A program made the position numbers and the translations under genes. A stretch of DNA of 64,000 nucleotides from Nannocystales bacterium (GTDB taxonomy: Bacteria; Myxococcota_A; Polyangia; Nannocystales; Nannocystaceae): the NCBI GenBank assembly GCA_050633305.1, contig JBOEGF010000021.1, positions 32,001-96,000 of the forward strand. Direction: 5' to 3'. This document shows positions 58,745 through 64,000 of the stretch, in pieces (position 1 is the first letter of the stretch; the number at the start of each line of letters is the position of its first letter). The notes under the pieces are model-generated. The model did not search any database and was not told the origin of the DNA. It saw only the letters and a list, made by a program, of their open reading frames with translations.

Positions 58745-60328
58745 ATGGCACAATCGGTCATCGTCGTGAATGCGGACGGCCCCGAGAAGCGGGTCGCCCT
58801 CATCGAAAACGGAATCCTCTCTGAGCTGTACGTCGAGCGCGAGCGCGCCCGAGGCACGGTCGGCAACGTCTACAAGGGACGCGTGCTTCGCGTACTTCCT
58901 GGGATGCAGGCTGCCTTCGTCGACATCGGCGAAGAGAAAGCCGCGTTCTTGTATGCGGGCGACATCGCAAAAAAGGGCAAGAACGAAGACGAAGAAAAGC
59001 TTCGGGTCAGCCGTGATGGCGTCTCGCCTCCACGTCGCTCGGGCAAGCCCGATCCGATCGCCGAGCTGGTCAAGCCAGGCCAGGAGATCCTCGTTCAGGT
59101 CGTCAAGGATCCGATCTCCAACAAGGGGGCGCGGATCACCTCCTACGTGTCGCTGCCTGGGCGCAACGTCGTGTTCATGCCGACGGTGAGCCACATCGGC
59201 ATCTCGCGTCGCATCGAAAAGGAGCGCGACCGTAGGCGCTTGCGCAAGCTGGTCGACCAGATGCGCCCCAAAGGCGCCGGGTTCATCGTTCGCACCGTCT
59301 CCGAGAACGCGACCAACGGGCAGGTTCGCGCCGACATGGATTACCTCCTTCGGTTGTGGTCCAACATCAAGGCCAACGAGCGCATCCACCGGGCCCCGGT
59401 GATGCTCTACCGCGACCTCGACCTGACGTTGCGCGTCGTGCGAGACAACCTCTCGCCCGAACTCGACCGGGTCATCTGCGACGACCGCGTTCAACACGAT
59501 CGGCTCAAGCGGTTCGTCGAGACGTTCATGCCGGACTATGCCGACAAGATCGAGCTCTACCAACGCGGTGAGCCCATCTTCGACGGCTACGGCATCGAGC
59601 TCGAGATCGACCGCGCGCTCGAGCGCAAGGTCGGGCTCAAGAGCGGCGGCTCGCTGATCTTCGACCAAGGCGAGGCGCTCACCGCGGTCGACGTCAACAC
59701 GGGCAAGTTCGTCGGGTCCAAGGGGCGAACGCTCGAGGAGACGATCACCCAGACCAACCTCGAGGCCGCCGAAGAGGTCGCCGATCAGCTCCGCCTGCGC
59801 AACGTGGGTGGCTTGATCATCATCGACTTCATCGACATGGACAAAGAGTCCAACCGCCGGAAGGTCTACCGCAAGCTCCAGGACGCGCTGCGCAAGGACC
59901 GAGCCAAGGCCCACATCACCAAGATCTCGGAGATGGGTCTGGTCGAGATGAGCCGCAAGCGGACCCGAGAGAGCCTGGGGCGGATGCTCACTGCCACGTG
60001 CAAGCACTGCAACGGCAAGGGCTACACCAAGTCGCCCTCCACCGTGGCCTACGAGATCCTCCGCGAGATTCGGCGCGATGCCGCGCACATGCCTGGCGAG
60101 AACATCGCGGTCTACGCCAACCCCGAGGTCTCTGACCTGATGCGGGGCGCCGAATCGACCGCGGTCGACGACACGGTCAAGCGGGTGCACCGAGCCATCG
60201 AGATCCACTCCCGGAAGAGTTTTCACGTCGAGCAGTTCGAGGTGAAGGGGAAGGTGCCGGGCAAGGGTCCACGCCGTCGGGACGGAAAACGCTCCGACTC
60301 CGAAGACGACGCCGCGGCCTCTGCCTGA
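58745..60328 (+). CDS. rng: Ribonuclease G/E family
   Basis: GNVYKGRV..VLPGMQAAFVDIG, DVNTG, LRLRNVGGLIIIDFIDM, CKHCNGKG; RNase G-like length. Confidence 0.95.
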   Translation: MAQSVIVVNADGPEKRVALIENGILSELYVERERARGTVGNVYKGRVLRVLPGMQAAFVDIGEEKAAFLYAGDIAKKGKNEDEEKLRVSRDGVSPPRRSGKPDPIAELVKPGQEILVQVVKDPISNKGARITSYVSLPGRNVVFMPTVSHIGISRRIEKERDRRRLRKLVDQMRPKGAGFIVRTVSENATNGQVRADMDYLLRLWSNIKANERIHRAPVMLYRDLDLTLRVVRDNLSPELDRVICDDRVQHDRLKRFVETFMPDYADKIELYQRGEPIFDGYGIELEIDRALERKVGLKSGGSLIFDQGEALTAVDVNTGKFVGSKGRTLEETITQTNLEAAEEVADQLRLRNVGGLIIIDFIDMDKESNRRKVYRKLQDALRKDRAKAHITKISEMGLVEMSRKRTRESLGRMLTATCKHCNGKGYTKSPSTVAYEILREIRRDAAHMPGENIAVYANPEVSDLMRGAESTAVDDTVKRVHRAIEIHSRKSFHVEQFEVKGKVPGKGPRRRDGKRSDSEDDAAASA

Positions 60329-60406
60329 GGACCGTGAGCAACCCGTGGTGAAACGGGACACGATCCCTCGTGCCGAGTTCCACCGCGGGCTGCTAAAGTG
60401 ATGTCA

Positions 60407-60946
60407 ATGGGTGAGCCTCCGGACGATCGGCGCCGGGCCGAACGGGTGGCCGTGAACTTCGAGTTCCGCGGCGACGCCGACATGCCTACCCATGTCGCGA
60501 ACCTTTCCGAGTACGGGGTGTTCGTGCAGACCGATCGGCACTTGCCGCTGGGAACCGTCGTCGACCTTCGGTTCACGGTCGTGCTCGAGGACCCCGTGGT
60601 CATCGAGGGCCGGGGCCGGGTCGTTCGCTACCAGGCCGACCCGGTGGTCGGGATGGGATTCGAGTTCACGCAACTCGATCCCGAGATGCTGCTCCGGGTT
60701 GCGGACGTGGTGCGCCGCAACCGCCCCCGCGACTCCGGTCCTCCGGTGGAAGATGGCGCCGAGGCTCAGCACGATGCGCGGCCGGAGCGGATCGTGCGGG
60801 CAAAGCGCGTCGATGCTCCCGTCACGTTCACCCCGGGATCGGGCGAAGACGAAGAAGCGGCGCAGACCCTCGTCAACCTCCGCGCAGTGGACGTTGAGAT
60901 CATTGAAGACCCCGACCTCCCGTCCGATGACGGCGGCGACTTGTAG
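60407..60946 (+). CDS. PilZ-domain protein
   Basis: RRRAERV (RxxxR), NLSEYGVF, GMGFEF; TAAAGT 7 nt before ATG 60407. Confidence 0.88.
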   Translation: MGEPPDDRRRAERVAVNFEFRGDADMPTHVANLSEYGVFVQTDRHLPLGTVVDLRFTVVLEDPVVIEGRGRVVRYQADPVVGMGFEFTQLDPEMLLRVADVVRRNRPRDSGPPVEDGAEAQHDARPERIVRAKRVDAPVTFTPGSGEDEEAAQTLVNLRAVDVEIIEDPDLPSDDGGDL

Positions 60947-60982
60947 GCGGCGGCCTATACTGTTCTTCCTAGGTTTTTCGTC

Positions 60983-61492
60983 GTGAGTATCGGTAAGCGT
61001 CTCCTCGATCTGGCTCGGTCCAACGTCACCGACTTCCGCGATGCGTTCTCATCCGATGCGCTGCGGGACCTCCTCAACTCCGACCAAAGCTCGGACCCGC
61101 TTTCCGCGGAGTCCGCAGAGTCGGAAGTGGCCCCGGATGAGAGCACGTCCAAGGGCGGCACGACCGGGGCCAAGGCTGGTCGTCAGGCGCGGCGATTCAA
61201 GGATGCCGCGGAAGACGCTTGGGAGAGAGCCTACGAAAATGCCCGGGCGAAGGCTGGCGTTCGGGGGGATCCACCCTCCGACCCGCTCGCCCAGCGCAAG
61301 CTCTGGTACCGCACCCTCGAAGTCGACTCGGGCGCTGATCTACGGACGGTCCGAAAGGCCTACCGGAAGCAGCTCTTGAAGTATCATCCCGACCGCCACG
61401 CAAGCGACCCGGAGAAGTACAAGGCTGCAACCGAGGTCACCCGGCGTTTGACCGAGGCGTACAACGGGCTCACTCGATACCTCGGCGGGTGA
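60983..61492 (+). CDS. C-terminal J-domain protein
   Basis: WYRTLEV...VRKAYRKQLLKYHPDRH...LTEAY. Confidence 0.9.
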   Translation: MSIGKRLLDLARSNVTDFRDAFSSDALRDLLNSDQSSDPLSAESAESEVAPDESTSKGGTTGAKAGRQARRFKDAAEDAWERAYENARAKAGVRGDPPSDPLAQRKLWYRTLEVDSGADLRTVRKAYRKQLLKYHPDRHASDPEKYKAATEVTRRLTEAYNGLTRYLGG

Positions 61493-61579
61493 GCCCACGG
61501 TCGGGGTTCAATCCTTCCGCAGATGGCAGCGGAAGGGCCGACCCCACCGAGCACACCGACGAGGTTCTCGAGACTTCCA

Positions 61580-62455
61580 ATGCAAATCCAGACCGACGTT
61601 TCCCCGCAGAAGCGTGCCAAGAAGCGCTCCAAAAAATCTTCGAAGAAGACCGGCGCCAAGAAGAAAACCCTGGCCGAGCAGGCCGATCATCACGCGCTGT
61701 ATGAGCGGGCTGTACAGGATCCGCAGACCGACGCGGCGATGCTGGGCAAGCTCTATCGTCGGGTGCGGAAGCGCCGGGCCAAGCTCATGCGTGAGGATTT
61801 TTGCGGGACGGGGTCGCTGTCGACCGAGTGGGTCAAAGGGGGCTCCGAGCGCACCGCCTATGGCGTCGACCTCCATCGTCCGACGCTCGACTGGGGGCTC
61901 GAGAACAACGTCGCTCCGCTGTCGTCGACCGTGGCCAAGCGCATCAACCTCGTCGAAGGCAACGTGCTGCACGAGCGCGGGCCCAAGGCCGACATCACGT
62001 GCGCGTTGAACTTCAGCTACTGCTGCCTCAAGGACCGTAAGTCGCTCGTCGCCTACTTCAAGAATGTCCGGAAGAATCTCGCGAAGGACGGGGTCTTCGT
62101 CATGGACGTCCTCGGCGGCACCGAGACGATGGGGCCGGACGAGAACCGCCACGACCTCGGTGGCTTCACCTACCGCTGGAAGCAGCATTTCTTCGATCCG
62201 CTCACGCACGAGATGCGGGCAACGATCAGCTTCTTCTTCTCGGACGGATCCAAGATCTCGCCCGCCTTCGAATACGACTGGCGGCTTTGGACGATGCCCG
62301 AGTTGTGCGACGCGCTTGAGGAGGCGGGCTTCAGCCGCACCCATCGGATGTGGGAGCGCACCGACAAGAAGGGGGAGGGGACCGGGGAGTTCGACGAGCC
62401 CAAACGAGTGGAAAACCAGGAAAGCTGGTGGACCTACCTGATCGCGGAGCGATGA
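61580..62455 (+). CDS. Class I SAM-dependent methyltransferase (REDFCGT type), copy 1
   Basis: LYERAVQDP, MREDFCGTG, YGVDL, CALNFSY, FEYDWRLWTMPEL; start uncertain. Confidence 0.85.
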   Translation: MQIQTDVSPQKRAKKRSKKSSKKTGAKKKTLAEQADHHALYERAVQDPQTDAAMLGKLYRRVRKRRAKLMREDFCGTGSLSTEWVKGGSERTAYGVDLHRPTLDWGLENNVAPLSSTVAKRINLVEGNVLHERGPKADITCALNFSYCCLKDRKSLVAYFKNVRKNLAKDGVFVMDVLGGTETMGPDENRHDLGGFTYRWKQHFFDPLTHEMRATISFFFSDGSKISPAFEYDWRLWTMPELCDALEEAGFSRTHRMWERTDKKGEGTGEFDEPKRVENQESWWTYLIAER

Positions 62456-63318
62456 TGGCCAAGCCCAACAAGAACAAGTCGAACAAGAACAAGTCGAAGG
62501 GCAAGGGGCGCGCGAAGCCCAAGAAGAAGTCCATCGCGACGCGGGCCGACAAGCACAAGCTCTACCAGGCTGCCGTGCAGGCGCCCGAAGCCGACGTGGA
62601 GTTCTTCTCGAAGGTCTTCAAGGACCTTCGTGGCCGCACCGCGCTCTCGATGCGCGAGGACTTCTGCGGCACCGCATTCCTCAGCTGCACCTGGGCCGAC
62701 AGCAAGAAAACGCGCACTGCGTTCGGCGTCGACCTGGACGAGCCCACGTTGCAGTGGGGCCGGGAGCACAACTTGGCCCCGCTGTCCGAGGCAGCCCAAG
62801 CCCGCGTGCAGCTGGCCAACGGCAACGTGCTCGACGGCCTGGGCGAGCCCACCGACCTCACCTGCGCCCTGAACTTCAGCTACGGCGTATTCAAGACTCG
62901 GGACGAGCTGCGGCGCTACTTCGAGGTTGCGCGCGAGAAGTTGGCACCCGACGGTATTTTCATCACCGAGCTGTACGGAGGCTTCGAAGCCGTCGTCGAG
63001 GTGGAAGAAGAGCGGGAACTCGACGGCTTCACGTACATCTGGGAGCAGGCGAGCTACAACCCGATCAACCACCACACCCTGTGCCACATCCACTTCGAGT
63101 TTCCCGACGGTAGCAAGATCCGCAAGGCGTTCACGTACGACTGGCGTCTGTGGACCGTCCCCGAGCTGCGCGAAATCTTGATCGAAGCCGGATTTGCAGA
63201 CACCAAGGTGTACTGGGAGCGGACGGACGACGACGGCGATGGCACCGGCGACTACCAGGTCACCGAAGAAGAAGAGAACCAGGACAGCTGGCTCGTCTAC
63301 ATCGTTGGCGTGAAGTGA
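62452..63318 (+). CDS. Class I SAM-dependent methyltransferase (REDFCGT type), copy 2
   Basis: ATGA overlap; LYQAAVQAP, MREDFCGTA, FGVDL, CALNFSY, FTYDWRLWTVPEL. Confidence 0.87.
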   Translation: MMAKPNKNKSNKNKSKGKGRAKPKKKSIATRADKHKLYQAAVQAPEADVEFFSKVFKDLRGRTALSMREDFCGTAFLSCTWADSKKTRTAFGVDLDEPTLQWGREHNLAPLSEAAQARVQLANGNVLDGLGEPTDLTCALNFSYGVFKTRDELRRYFEVAREKLAPDGIFITELYGGFEAVVEVEEERELDGFTYIWEQASYNPINHHTLCHIHFEFPDGSKIRKAFTYDWRLWTVPELREILIEAGFADTKVYWERTDDDGDGTGDYQVTEEEENQDSWLVYIVGVK

Positions 63319-63319
63319 A

Positions 63320-64000
63320 CTACGGCTCGCAGTCCAACGACTGAGTTGAGACGACCACATCGTCGATGTACCGGCGGTGGTCGTTCTGCAGGGCCGTCTC
63401 CATATAGGTGGGGAGCGAGATCAGGTTGAAGCCGAGGGACGACTGCGAGCCGCGGAAGTTGAGTCCCGTGACGGCCGCGTCGGGCTGGCCATCGACGAGG
63501 ACCTCGAGCAGTCCGTCCGAGTTTCCGGCGGCGTTGAGGCGTGCATGGACCACGGCGCAATGCCAGTCCTGTACAACCGATTCGTCGAACACCGAGACCA
63601 GCCCCGCTTCACCGCCGAGGTAACTCAGGCTGCTCCAGTCGTCGGTCCCGTCGCAGAGGTGTTGGTCTCCGAACACGCAGGTGAAGGCACTGTTTCGAAT
63701 CGCAGGTTCAGACTGGCCCGCAGAGATTCGCGCCTTGAAGGTGGACGCCCAGCCCGGGCCGTCGACGCCATCGACCGAGAGAAGGTCTCCGGGCCCCCGG
63801 ATCGGCCAGCCTCGGTCCGAACGGAATCGTGCTCGGACCCACACCTCCTCGAAGTGCCCGTCGGGCTCGGTGATGTTATTGGCCTCGGGCCCTTGGCCGA
63901 AGCGAATGAGGAGCTCCCCAACCCAGTTCTGTTGAGCGAAGTGGGTGATCTCCAAGGCGTCGGAGCTCTCGTAGCCGGGTCCGCCGATCGCCATCCCTCC
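63320..64000 (-). CDS. C-terminal part of a beta-sandwich (polysaccharide lyase/ConA-like) protein, 5' end probably outside the window
   Basis: EEVWVRARFR, WHCAVVHARLN...DGLLEVLVDG, YIDDVVVST. Confidence 0.65.
   Translation of the reverse strand, partial: GGMAIGGPGYESSDALEITHFAQQNWVGELLIRFGQGPEANNITEPDGHFEEVWVRARFRSDRGWPIRGPGDLLSVDGVDGPGWASTFKARISAGQSEPAIRNSAFTCVFGDQHLCDGTDDWSSLSYLGGEAGLVSVFDESVVQDWHCAVVHARLNAAGNSDGLLEVLVDGQPDAAVTGLNFRGSQSSLGFNLISLPTYMETALQNDHRRYIDDVVVSTQSLDCEP

Overview
High-GC chromosomal segment whose gene content points to Myxococcota, probably Nannocystaceae-like: Cys-rich, LVIVD and FG-GAP lipoproteins, three Ser/Thr kinases, four ECF sigma factors and a DUF1501 pair. 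The taxonomy is inferred from gene types only. Left to right: a microaerobic cluster (partial ccoN, three USPs, CBS protein, CDF transporter) whose five promoters share a GCGCA-N5-TGCGC-like box exactly 22 nt from a -10 hexamer; a P450 closely resembling vertebrate CYP7A1; recQ; a hipBA-like module whose toxin has Asn at the catalytic Asp position; two copies of a three-gene module (exported W-x-x-P-x-x-C protein, membrane-tethered ECF fusion, lipoprotein), one with a duplicated candidate promoter; an SLC12/CCC cotransporter fused to a P-loop ATPase and coupled to a mini-MscS gene; a kinase/ECF operon sharing mirror-image ECF promoters with an LVIVD lipoprotein; an ACP-adenylation-acyltransferase fusion; a di-haem lipoprotein plus Tat-exported DUF1501; a eukaryote-type UGPase, RNase G/E, PilZ, J-domain and tandem methyltransferases. 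Many genes look leaderless. No rRNA, tRNA, CRISPR array, integrase or transposase was recognised. All calls come from motif recognition by eye; no database searches were run, and several starts were moved from the ORF track.
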